Shown here piece by piece: positions 1-7,937 of a DNA stretch of 64,000 bases. The stretch is from Candidatus Kaiserbacteria bacterium. Its GTDB lineage: Bacteria > Patescibacteriota > Minisyncoccia > Phycocordibacterales > UBA2100. The DNA is taken from contig JACRFI010000016.1 in the NCBI GenBank assembly GCA_016217965.1, positions 65,837 through 129,836 of the forward strand. The letters run 5' to 3'. Positions within the stretch are counted from its first letter, which is position 1, and every line of letters starts with the position of its first letter. The position numbers were made by a program, and so were the translations under genes. The notes beneath the pieces are model-generated. The model had not been told where the DNA came from. It searched no databases and saw nothing but the letters and a program-made list of their open reading frames with translations.

Positions 1-1
1 T

Positions 2-898
2 GCACTTCTTGACCAGTCATTTCCTACCGAGAGATATGAGATTATCCTCCCAGATGTCTCAGGCAACCAGATGAGCGCCGCGCTCTCGGAGATGCCGGCA
101 ATGAAATCGGAGCGCCCGTCTGTTGTGCCGGGAAGGGGTGGTAATTTCAGTGAACGCATAGAGCGAGCACTGTCCATCGTCCGCGGGCAATATGTCTGCT
201 TTACTATTTCCGATTGTATTGTTCCGCACGATTGGCTTCTTTCTTTTCTTGCAGCATACAAACGGTATCCAGGCGCTGGTGGTGTTGGCGGGTATGTTCG
301 CGTCAGTCCTGAACACTACACGATATACGACGAGTTGCAGCACTATGAGTTGGCGCAGCGTTTAGGCGTGGAGCGAGAAAAGAAGTTTCTAACAAGAATA
401 TACGAGGTTTGTAATCAGGCATTTTACCAGAATCCGACAGGTGATCTCGCAAATATTTCGTACTTGAAAGAAGTAATCCCAACCGATCTTGCAGGAGCGA
501 GGAATATTTATGATCTGGAACTGCATCTTAAGATAAGCGCGATGCGAGAAAGGCCTCTAGTTTTTATTCCGAAGGCCGTGGCTCGCGATACACCATTGTC
601 CGCGAGCGAATTTCTTCGCATTGAGTTCGAGCGCGGTTTTTTGAACCGCCTAGCGCGCGAATCAATCTATGCGCTCGGGAAGTATCGTCGCCAAACACTC
701 ATGGCAGCACTTGCACAAGCGGTGCGCACGACGCTTCGATACAGAGATATGCGCTACGGGGCTCTGAGCTTTCTAGCGAGTATTGCGCGTTGGGTGGGGA
801 ATATCGGGGCGTCACACGTACGTCTGCGCCAGAGAGCACTGCGTGAATATCTTGATCGACGCCGAGAGTACGTCGTGCCAAACAGTGTGATAAAATAA
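2..898 (+). CDS. glycosyltransferase family 2-like protein, C-terminal part (5' end runs off window)
   Basis: Frame is open from nt 2 with no upstream stop. The upstream in-frame residues ...ERYEIILPDVSGNQ resemble a degenerate GT-A 'DxD' region. Remaining sequence has no stronger motif. Confidence 0.4.
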   Translation, partial: ALLDQSFPTERYEIILPDVSGNQMSAALSEMPAMKSERPSVVPGRGGNFSERIERALSIVRGQYVCFTISDCIVPHDWLLSFLAAYKRYPGAGGVGGYVRVSPEHYTIYDELQHYELAQRLGVEREKKFLTRIYEVCNQAFYQNPTGDLANISYLKEVIPTDLAGARNIYDLELHLKISAMRERPLVFIPKAVARDTPLSASEFLRIEFERGFLNRLARESIYALGKYRRQTLMAALAQAVRTTLRYRDMRYGALSFLASIARWVGNIGASHVRLRQRALREYLDRRREYVVPNSVIK

Positions 899-913
899 GA
901 GTTAGTCAAATAC

Positions 914-942
914 TTGACATATATCGCTGTGTGGGGTATTAT
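914..942 (+). promoter_or_regulatory. near-consensus sigma70 promoter (TTGACA - 17 nt - TATTAT)
   Basis: TTGACA at 914-919, a 17-nt spacer, then TATTAT at 937-942. The only in-frame start of the overlapping ORF (GTG at 931) lies inside the -10 region. Confidence 0.6.
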
Positions 943-949
943 GCGAACG

Positions 950-1385
950 ATAAAGATAATCTCCACGTTGGTTGCGAGACATTCGTACAGACTTCATGGG
1001 GTGTGTCTGGATGCCTCGTAACCGTACGGGTGTCAGGTGACACTCGGCGAGAAGTACGGGGGGAGGTTATCGGTGTGAACCGATTTACCAAGACTGCCTA
1101 CTCAGCGGGGTTTTCGTTGGGCGTTCTGGCGGGGGCCGTAACCTTGCCGTCTACTCCAGCGGAGGCGCGGTGCTGCGGAAGCACATGCCAGCAAAAGTGT
1201 AAGGATACCCATCACATTGGGGGCCATACACTCCAGGGTTGCTACAACTACTGGGGCGGGCTGTGCAAGAAGCCAGCCGCGAGCAAGCAGGCAGTAGGCT
1301 CTCGCGCTCTGAAGCCGGGCACGAGCAAGGCACGGTAACGCGTGCTGAGGGGGCTCGGTCCAACCGGGCCTCTTCGATTTTGGAA
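950..1385 (+). ncRNA. candidate structured non-coding RNA of unknown class (about 430 nt, GC-rich)
   Basis: Lies downstream of the consensus promoter. No translatable ORF follows the predicted TSS. Many GC-rich hairpins are present (e.g. GCACGGUAACGCGUGC). It ends in a 7-bp GC stem (GGCUCGG/CCGGGCC) followed by a U-rich tract (UCUUCGAUUUUGG) at about 1346-1385. The class could not be assigned by eye. Confidence 0.35.
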
Positions 1386-1392
1386 AAGCGCC

Positions 1393-2103
1393 CTATTTTA
1401 AGAATCTGTTTCCCAACACTATTACCGACACAGGTTGTTCCATCGCACTATCAACATCAAGAAGAGTGATGATCACATCATCGTTGAGAGCGCCAAGTGG
1501 GCATGTCGCTAGTGAGAGCGCTTCGCTGACAATTAGGATGTTTTGAGAGAGATGGCCGGCTTCTAGCAGTGAAAGCACATACGCAAAATCTCGATATTTT
1601 TGCGCGCTGCGATCCCATGCTGCGGTACATACAATGACTGCGGTTGGCGATGCATCGCCATTGATTTTCACGTATGAAGAAGGAGAGGCGTCATCCGGGA
1701 GTTTCCAAAGTTGACGCAATACGTGGGTGTCAGGCTCATAATGGAGCAGTATACGTTCACAATTCTCGACAGTGAAGGAGATTACATATATTTCAATAGG
1801 ATACAGACCACCCCCTGAAGGATATGGTCGTCTACCCGATCCACTTTTGTGGGCTGCATAGTAAAGGAGGGAAGATAATGCGCTGAGAGAAACAGGCGTT
1901 CCGCTAAATTCTTTGCGTGACTTGCGCTGCTCTAATGCCTCTGCAAGTGATAGCTTCAGGGGCAACGGCTCTGGCAACGGCACAACCTCCATTCGTTCAT
2001 ATCGTTTCGGTCCGTTAGTGGCGTTAGGTGGTTGAGTGAGCCGATGCTGGTTCTTTCGTATGTACTCGTGAATGCTTGGGATAAAATCGTCCATACACAT
2101 CAA
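1393..2103 (-). CDS. SagB-type (McbC-like) FMN-dependent dehydrogenase, nitroreductase fold
   Basis: Motifs RKSRKEF (nitroreductase RRSxRxF), RRPYPSGGGLYPIEIYV (SagB signature PSAGGLYP) and a C-terminal ATCPLGALND. The gene overlaps the YcaO stop by 4 nt (2100-2103). Confidence 0.8.
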   Translation of the reverse strand: MMCMDDFIPSIHEYIRKNQHRLTQPPNATNGPKRYERMEVVPLPEPLPLKLSLAEALEQRKSRKEFSGTPVSLSALSSLLYYAAHKSGSGRRPYPSGGGLYPIEIYVISFTVENCERILLHYEPDTHVLRQLWKLPDDASPSSYVKINGDASPTAVIVCTAAWDRSAQKYRDFAYVLSLLEAGHLSQNILIVSEALSLATCPLGALNDDVIITLLDVDSAMEQPVSVIVLGNRFLK

Positions 2104-3521
2104 ACGAATGGATGGGGCACGTCGGCGAACACTTCCGAACGCGCGAGATATCCAAATTGCTTCGGTATGCTATGCAAACGTTCTCCCCCTTCGCAGCGAT
2201 TTTTTTCATTGAGATAGAGAGGTTGCAATTCAGGTATGACGGCAAATACGACATAGAATCCGAGGACATTCTTTTTGGAAACCCCTAGGTCTACATACAG
2301 GCATTCATATCCTGTTCTCTGGCACCATTTTGTGATTCGCTCCAGATGTTCTGGCGCTACGTCATTTTCCCACTCTGCGTTCTCAAGCGGGGCCTCCCTT
2401 CCGCTTGTGAGGAAATCCATCATATGCGCCTTCGCAGGATCAGCCCAGTAGATATGCCTATCAGTAAATGTAATATTTTTTTCATCCCGAAGCGTTGCAT
2501 GGTTTCTGACGAGATCCCGAGCATTCTTTCGTGCACGCAGCGCTTCAAGGAGCGCTTTTTCTGCCGCATGCGAGGCAGATGCATGTGCGCTGGTCCCAAC
2601 CGAAAAAGGCGGGAGATTTGCAGAATCGCGCACAACCACCATTATGACGTGGGCAGGCGCATCCGTAATGAGACGGACGAAATGCACGCGTAAATTGTAA
2701 CGGTCGCATCTTGCTAGAAGCTCATGCAATGCAGAGTTGTTTTCTGCGATGGACGCTCTCGCTACTTGGGGAAGCGAAAGTCTATTCAGCCACATGATCA
2801 TAAACGCATCCCGCTCGATGGCTTCGAGCAGTCCCGAAAGTATCGCCTGCGTCTTATCAGGATGTGTCGCGACACCCGTCGTTATCGGCTCTCTCAGCAT
2901 AGGCTCCTTCCGATCTCGCATTGCATCGTGGGCATGGACCCGACTCACGATTTGTGCGGGTAGTAGCAGCGATTTTTTTTGCACGAGCGAGCGTCCTTTT
3001 GTCCATAGAAACTGTGTAGCCTTAGTAACGGACAGTCTCGGCACGGCGTTACGTTGGGTATTTGAGTAGCCTGCAAAGCGTAACGGATCAATAGCTTTTC
3101 CACCCCCGAGTTGATCGAATGTTGAACAAGCCGTCCCCCGGAAGTAATCGTGCTCGTGTCTCCATATATGGCGCTCCTGCGCTTCCGAGACGGCAGCTCG
3201 TAATGCCTCTTTGTCGCTCCTGACAGAGAGACCGCCCGCCTTTTCACCGCCCATATCCACCCACCAGGACCGCATAGGTGGCTCATCGGGGAAAGCATGA
3301 GCGGTCCCAAAGGCGGTTGCAATGTTCGCATCGGCAAGTTTCCGATAGTTGCGCAGCACGTCTTTTAGGTCAGGTCGCGACAATCCGTTTCTTCTGGCAT
3401 CTTTAACTGCTGAGAGGCCAGCTGCAGCCGCGATGTGAGTTGCAAACAAGCGGACGCCTCTTTCCGAAATCGTCCATTCTTCATCGTGTTTCGTAGCCGT
3501 CGGGATCAAAAAATAGCCCAT
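2100..3521 (-). CDS. YcaO-domain protein (azoline-forming cyclodehydratase, TOMM D-protein type)
   Basis: YcaO hallmark segments ITTGVATHPDKTQAILSGLLEAIERDAFMIMW and GTSAHASASHAAEKALLEALRARKNA. There is an N-terminal region of about 200 aa whose function is not recognisable. Confidence 0.85.
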   Translation of the reverse strand: MGYFLIPTATKHDEEWTISERGVRLFATHIAAAAGLSAVKDARRNGLSRPDLKDVLRNYRKLADANIATAFGTAHAFPDEPPMRSWWVDMGGEKAGGLSVRSDKEALRAAVSEAQERHIWRHEHDYFRGTACSTFDQLGGGKAIDPLRFAGYSNTQRNAVPRLSVTKATQFLWTKGRSLVQKKSLLLPAQIVSRVHAHDAMRDRKEPMLREPITTGVATHPDKTQAILSGLLEAIERDAFMIMWLNRLSLPQVARASIAENNSALHELLARCDRYNLRVHFVRLITDAPAHVIMVVVRDSANLPPFSVGTSAHASASHAAEKALLEALRARKNARDLVRNHATLRDEKNITFTDRHIYWADPAKAHMMDFLTSGREAPLENAEWENDVAPEHLERITKWCQRTGYECLYVDLGVSKKNVLGFYVVFAVIPELQPLYLNEKNRCEGGERLHSIPKQFGYLARSEVFADVPHPFV

Positions 3522-3605
3522 GCACGCATACTATCACGCAGGGTATGAGGGTTATGCACATGACCCTATTAGACACTATGCGAGCGCGCAATTATCATTT
3601 GCAGT

Positions 3606-3992
3606 ATGGTAGTAAAGATGCGCGGGCATACCCTTCGAGGGATTGGTTTTGTTCGAACGGTCGGATTGTTTTTACTTGGCGCTTTTGTCGTTTTTCTCGC
3701 AATAGTATTTCCAAGGTGGTTTGGTGCTGGGTCTACACACGGTCTTTCGGGTACTGGTATCGCGCTTGCCGATGCACCGAGTTGCTCTGGCGGCGGAGGT
3801 TGCGGGGGAGACGGCAACTGCAGCGGTTGTAGTACTTGCAGCGGTTGCACTGGAGATAGCTGCGGCAATGGCTGCGGTGGTGATGGATGTAGTTGTAGTG
3901 GCGATTGTGGTTGTGGCAATGGTAACGGAGGTGGCGATGGTGATGGTGGGGACGGAGGAGGAGGAGGAGATTCTTCGGCTTGTGGAAGCTGA
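3606..3992 (+). CDS. candidate TOMM (microcin B17-like) precursor peptide: hydrophobic leader plus Gly/Ser/Cys/Asp-rich core
   Basis: 128 aa; the alternative start is the ATG at 3618. Residues 1-45 are a basic, then 20-aa hydrophobic stretch (VGLFLLGAFVVFLAIVFP). The C-terminal 68 aa is CSGGGGCGGDGNCSGCSTCSGCTGDSCGNGCGGDGCSCSGDCGCGNG...DSSACGS, with 14 Cys almost all flanked by Gly/Ser. It is divergent from the YcaO-SagB pair across an 84-nt spacer. Confidence 0.5.
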   Translation: MVVKMRGHTLRGIGFVRTVGLFLLGAFVVFLAIVFPRWFGAGSTHGLSGTGIALADAPSCSGGGGCGGDGNCSGCSTCSGCTGDSCGNGCGGDGCSCSGDCGCGNGNGGGDGDGGDGGGGGDSSACGS

Positions 3993-4010
3993 TGCAAAAA
4001 AATAGCGAAC

Positions 4011-5147
4011 ATGCTCTCAAACAGCAATTTGCGTACGTTTCTTGTTGCAATGGTCGTGAGTGTAATGGCGATTCTGGGAATTTTTTACTGGTGGCTTGGT
4101 ATTAAAGTAAACAATGATGCAGCTCAAGAAGTCAACCTTGTTATCGAAGGCGTACGACCAATAAGTATTTACAACCACACAGGGGACAACGCATATATCG
4201 TTAATGACCTTTCTGCAGCAGTGATTTCCGTTTTGGAATACTATGGTGCAAATTTGTCGCAAAGCAATCTCAAAAAGATAAATGGCAGATTTTGGGACGA
4301 CAGTAATCCAAGCGCTTTGCACCAGCTGGAAGACGTCAAGCTTCTCACGGAAGAACTTGGCTACAGTGCAACGATTGAAGTCGCGGAATCCATCGCAGAT
4401 TTCAAGAAATATTTCTCAGGTATACCAACACCTGTCATTTTCTCGCATTTCATTGAGATCGACCAAAATCCGGAGATTCAATTCAAGCCTATGGGAGTTC
4501 TCATCGGCATGTTGGATAGTGAGCAATCTGTCATTATTCACGACTATTATTTTGGCTACAACAAGAAACTCTCGTATTGGCAATTTGCGAGGCTTGGTGC
4601 ATACCCTGCGCAAGTTTTGGTGATTAAGCCGAAAATCCCGAGGGTCGGTGCACCTGATGCAAGCGAGGAATACGTGCGAACGGAATCGATGGATAAGGCA
4701 GAACCGATCATAAATAAGATAACACTTGGGCGTGTAGCACAGGCGCAGCAAAAATATAGGATCGCCGCAAGTTACTATAGCGCTGCGTTAAAGCACCCCG
4801 ACCGGGATATAGTACCTCCGTATTACAAAGTAGTCGCGCTCAACGGCGGTGTTGGCAGTTATATACGGCTCGATGGTGATTATGATTCAGCATACGAGCT
4901 CGCGAAATTGGGGGAGGAGTTCAATCAAAATCTAGACGAGCCCTATGGGGATTATTGGCCGGGATTTGTCGACGGCACTAACCTCATTACAGATCAGTTC
5001 GCCGGTATATACTACTGGCTCGGTAGGATATATGAACACAAGGGTGATGTAGCGCAGGCTAAGGCGAATTACGAACACGCGCTTGAAATATATCCATATG
5101 GACCGTCTATTGATGCGCTTGAACGCATCAAAACTGAGAGCGAGTGA
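4011..5147 (+). CDS. membrane-anchored protein with peptidase-C39-like (papain-fold) domain and C-terminal TPR
   Basis: N-terminal TM helix. The segment NDLSAAVISVLEYYGANLSQSNLKK aligns by eye to the C39 motif DCGxAxLxMxxxYYGxxxSLxEL, but the nucleophile Cys position is not Cys. A later PVIFSHF/IIHD His region follows. The C-terminus has a TPR-like repeat (YYWLGRIYEHKGDVAQAKANYEHALEIYP). Confidence 0.45.
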   Translation: MLSNSNLRTFLVAMVVSVMAILGIFYWWLGIKVNNDAAQEVNLVIEGVRPISIYNHTGDNAYIVNDLSAAVISVLEYYGANLSQSNLKKINGRFWDDSNPSALHQLEDVKLLTEELGYSATIEVAESIADFKKYFSGIPTPVIFSHFIEIDQNPEIQFKPMGVLIGMLDSEQSVIIHDYYFGYNKKLSYWQFARLGAYPAQVLVIKPKIPRVGAPDASEEYVRTESMDKAEPIINKITLGRVAQAQQKYRIAASYYSAALKHPDRDIVPPYYKVVALNGGVGSYIRLDGDYDSAYELAKLGEEFNQNLDEPYGDYWPGFVDGTNLITDQFAGIYYWLGRIYEHKGDVAQAKANYEHALEIYPYGPSIDALERIKTESE

Positions 5148-5941
5148 TGTTTACAAATCGAAGAGTGTTTGTCGTAGGAAGTTTCTCGTTATTTCTTTTG
5201 GCAGCGTTGCTGGGTAGGCAACAAGTACAAGCCATCGGCGAGACCGCATTATTCCTCGTTTCTCCGACGGCAGAGCGTGCGTATGAGTATGGTGCGCGGC
5301 ATTTTGATGCAATTCATGCACGGGATTACGACATGGATCGCGCTGTATTTTTTTTCAAGGAGGCCGAGAAAATCGATGCCGATTATCCGTATCTCCAACA
5401 TCAGCTCGCAAGAATTTCGTTTCTAAAAGGAGATTTTGCAAATGCTCTCCGCCGAATTGATCGTGAAATAGAGAATAATCCATCCCCCTCGCTGTCTTCC
5501 TTTTATGTACGAGGACTTGTGAAAGGATTCGCCGGCGATTACCTTGGTGCGATACCTGATTATCAGAAGTTCCTGGAATCTGAACCCGCGAATTGGGCTG
5601 CTTCCAATGATCTCGCGTGGGTATATTTGAAGGCGAATCGTCCGAGTGAAGCGCTTGTGGCGATTGACGCAGCGTTATCAGCGAACATAGGTAATCCATG
5701 GCTCCTCAACAGCAGGGCGACGGCGCTGTTCGAACTGGGCCGCCTTGAAGAAGCGCGTGATGCAGCCCGGCTTTCCTTGTATGCGGTCAAGGGAATAACA
5801 AAAGAAGACTGGCTCAAAGCATACCCCGGCAATGATCCTCTTATCGCGCCAGAAGGCATGCATGCGTTCCAATCGGCTGTTCTTGCGAATATGCACAGTA
5901 TTCTTATTGCGATGGAGAAGGAGCAGAAAGGTGTGAGATAA
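5144..5941 (+). CDS. TPR-repeat protein with N-terminal signal/anchor
   Basis: N-terminal hydrophobic segment, several TPR-like repeats, and a 4-nt overlap with the upstream gene. Confidence 0.5.
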   Translation: MMFTNRRVFVVGSFSLFLLAALLGRQQVQAIGETALFLVSPTAERAYEYGARHFDAIHARDYDMDRAVFFFKEAEKIDADYPYLQHQLARISFLKGDFANALRRIDREIENNPSPSLSSFYVRGLVKGFAGDYLGAIPDYQKFLESEPANWAASNDLAWVYLKANRPSEALVAIDAALSANIGNPWLLNSRATALFELGRLEEARDAARLSLYAVKGITKEDWLKAYPGNDPLIAPEGMHAFQSAVLANMHSILIAMEKEQKGVR

Positions 5942-5953
5942 TCCTCTTATCTT

Positions 5954-6646
5954 ATGGCTCATAACGAGGGACAGCGTCGTTGGCGGCTATTTTCAGCTCG
6001 AGAGATATTGCTTTTGGGAGCATTCGTTATTGTGCTTGCCGCCGCATATCAGTTTGACGGAGCGAGGCTTCCTATCACGTCAGCGGAAACGCAATTTGTG
6101 GAGCGTTCGGCATCTGGCCTGCAGATTGTGCCAGCCTCGTGTCCCTCGAACCCGCATGGCGGGCAATCATGCTATTCGCAAAGTTATTATCAAGGCTACT
6201 ACCAATCGTATTATCAAGGCTACTACCAATCTTCATACTGCACGACGCAGTATCAGTGCTCGGGCGATTCGAAGCGCGTCATCGACAGCTGTAATCCTGC
6301 GGGGACGATACTAACCTGCTCTTCGTCGCAGACATGTGTCAACGCGAGCTGCGTATCCATAGATGCTTCTCTCACGGTTGTTCCCAACCTGCTCCGTTCG
6401 GGAGAAACGACCCAGGTAACGTGGAAAGGCACGAATGTGTCGTCGTGCACGGTCACCGAAGATAACCCAGGATTCACGGATTCGTGGAGCTGTAACTCTG
6501 TTGCCTCGTGCACCGCAAACCATACAAATACATCGAGTCCCATCGACGCGGAGACAAAATACACGTTGACGTGTACCGCGCCTAGTGGCTCAACAATCAT
6601 AAAGACAGCGACTGTTCGCATCATCCCGGTGTGGATCGAGGAATGA
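5954..6646 (+). CDS. membrane-anchored Cys-rich protein with tandem YYQ(G/S) repeats
   Basis: N-terminal TM helix. The repeat is SYYQGYYQSYYQGYYQSSY, visible in DNA as ctactaccaatcgtattatcaaggctactaccaatc. 15 Cys are scattered through a Ser/Thr-rich ectodomain. Confidence 0.5.
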   Translation: MAHNEGQRRWRLFSAREILLLGAFVIVLAAAYQFDGARLPITSAETQFVERSASGLQIVPASCPSNPHGGQSCYSQSYYQGYYQSYYQGYYQSSYCTTQYQCSGDSKRVIDSCNPAGTILTCSSSQTCVNASCVSIDASLTVVPNLLRSGETTQVTWKGTNVSSCTVTEDNPGFTDSWSCNSVASCTANHTNTSSPIDAETKYTLTCTAPSGSTIIKTATVRIIPVWIEE

Positions 6647-6662
6647 TGGTACACTGATTTAC

Positions 6663-7076
6663 ATGAAAGCTATCGCTGTCGCATATCTCGGAATATTCAT
6701 TGCCTTCACAGCGATGCCGGCCGTTACATCCGCGCAGGAGATGTATCAGGACGATTCATCAGTTCTTCGCTCTGAAATACGTCTCGCGCTTCTTGCAGAC
6801 GCCCGTTCCAGCGAACTTACCGATGAGGAAGTTGCAATGCTCGTTGAGTCACTTGCGGGGGAGGCGGAGGCACAGGGAATAGCGCAAGAATTTCTGCCCG
6901 AGCGGGCACAAACCATGCGGGCAGACGCAATTGCTAATTGGTGGGAAAACCTCTCGGAGCCTATGCTTTACGGGATAGTGCTCGTTGCGCTCGCGCTCGC
7001 GATGGTCCTCATGAAGCGCATCATTGATTCGCACCACCACGCTGCCCGCCCGCCGGATACGCCCGCAGCTGTGTAG
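6663..7076 (+). CDS. small secreted/membrane protein (signal peptide plus C-terminal TM)
   Basis: Signal-like N-terminus MKAIAVAYLGIFIAFTAMPAVTSAQE, a C-terminal hydrophobic helix and a His-rich tail. Confidence 0.4.
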   Translation: MKAIAVAYLGIFIAFTAMPAVTSAQEMYQDDSSVLRSEIRLALLADARSSELTDEEVAMLVESLAGEAEAQGIAQEFLPERAQTMRADAIANWWENLSEPMLYGIVLVALALAMVLMKRIIDSHHHAARPPDTPAAV

Positions 7077-7104
7077 TTGCGTATTGGAACCCTCTCCTAT
7101 ATAG
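7077..7104 (+). promoter_or_regulatory. possible promoter of the r-protein operon (TTGCGT ... TATATAG)
   Basis: A -35-like TTGCGT and a -10-like TATATA/ATATAG 15-16 nt downstream, about 90 nt upstream of rplC. Confidence 0.3.
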
Positions 7105-7194
7105 TACTCGCACCTCGAAAGAGGCATCCCAAGTCCCCATACGGGACCACTGGCTCGGAAATAGGTCCGCGCTAGCTGCGCGGATAAACTATAT

Positions 7195-7803
7195 ATGGCA
7201 ACAAAGTTCATGCTCGGCACAAAAGGCCGAATGACACAGGTTTTCGATGAGAGCGGCGCAGTCCATGCGGCGACCATCATTACTGCCGGACCCCTCACTA
7301 TTACCCAGGCAAAGACCGCAGAAAAAGACGGATACGAGGCGTCGCAGGTCGGTTTCGGCGAACGAAAAGAAAAGAATCTTTCAAAAGCAGTGAAAGGGCA
7401 TTTCAAGGAGCTCGGTAATTTCCGATATGCTAAGGAATTCCCCATCTCTGGTGAAAGGGGAACAAAGATTGACGTGTCCGTGTTCGTGCCGGGGGATGCT
7501 GTCACAGTCTCTGCCATCTCGAAGGGCAAAGGGTTTCAGGGCGTGGTGAAGCGCCACGGATTCCACGGAGGCCCGAGGAGCCATGGCCAGAAGAACAAGG
7601 AGAGGGCGCCGGGTTCTATCGGCGGCGGAGGCCGTGCGGGCGGACGAGTCGTCAAGGGAATGCGCATGGCAGGAAGGATGGGGGGAGAGCGCGTAACGGT
7701 GCGGAACCTTCGCGTCTTGCAAGTGGACACGAGTTCGAATACGCTCGTCATTTCCGGCGCAGTACCGGGAAAGCCGGGAACGCTTGTCGAAATACGCGGT
7801 TAA
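7195..7803 (+). CDS. rplC: 50S ribosomal protein L3
   Basis: MATKFMLGTKGRMTQVFDESG... with a typical L3 N-terminus and a Gly-rich loop. Confidence 0.95.
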   Translation: MATKFMLGTKGRMTQVFDESGAVHAATIITAGPLTITQAKTAEKDGYEASQVGFGERKEKNLSKAVKGHFKELGNFRYAKEFPISGERGTKIDVSVFVPGDAVTVSAISKGKGFQGVVKRHGFHGGPRSHGQKNKERAPGSIGGGGRAGGRVVKGMRMAGRMGGERVTVRNLRVLQVDTSSNTLVISGAVPGKPGTLVEIRG

Positions 7804-7937
7804 ATTCGAAATCCGAATATCGAAATCTGAAAAAATATGAAATCAAAAATTAAAAATCAGAAAAGTTTGAAGTTTAGAATTTTTCCAAGTTGTGCTTTTT
7901 CGAATTTCGTGCTTCGTGCTTCGAATTTTTAAAACAT

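Noticed and set aside
931-1338. 135-aa ORF (GTG start) over the GC-rich region
   Set aside because: Its only start lies within the -10 element of the consensus promoter, so it would be upstream of the predicted TSS. The region is interpreted as non-coding RNA.
950-1385. RNase P RNA assignment for the GC-rich transcript
   Set aside because: The universally conserved CR-I (GGAAAGUCCGG) and CR-IV (ACAGAACCCGGCUUA) strings could not be found intact on either strand by eye, and only partial resemblances (GAGCAAGGC, AACCGGGCC) were seen. It is kept as an unclassified ncRNA candidate.
3545-3832. 95-aa plus-strand ORF (MRVMHMTLLDTMRARNYHLQ...) overlapping the precursor gene in another frame
   Set aside because: Out-of-frame overlap with the better-supported 3606-3992 ORF; Arg/Trp-rich composition typical of spurious frames.
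3569-4027. 152-aa minus-strand ORF rich in Pro/Ser (PPPPPSPPSPSPPPLPLPQP...)
   Set aside because: It is the reverse-complement reading of the Gly/Cys-codon-rich core of the plus-strand precursor-like gene. The plus-strand product, next to YcaO/SagB, is the more meaningful reading.
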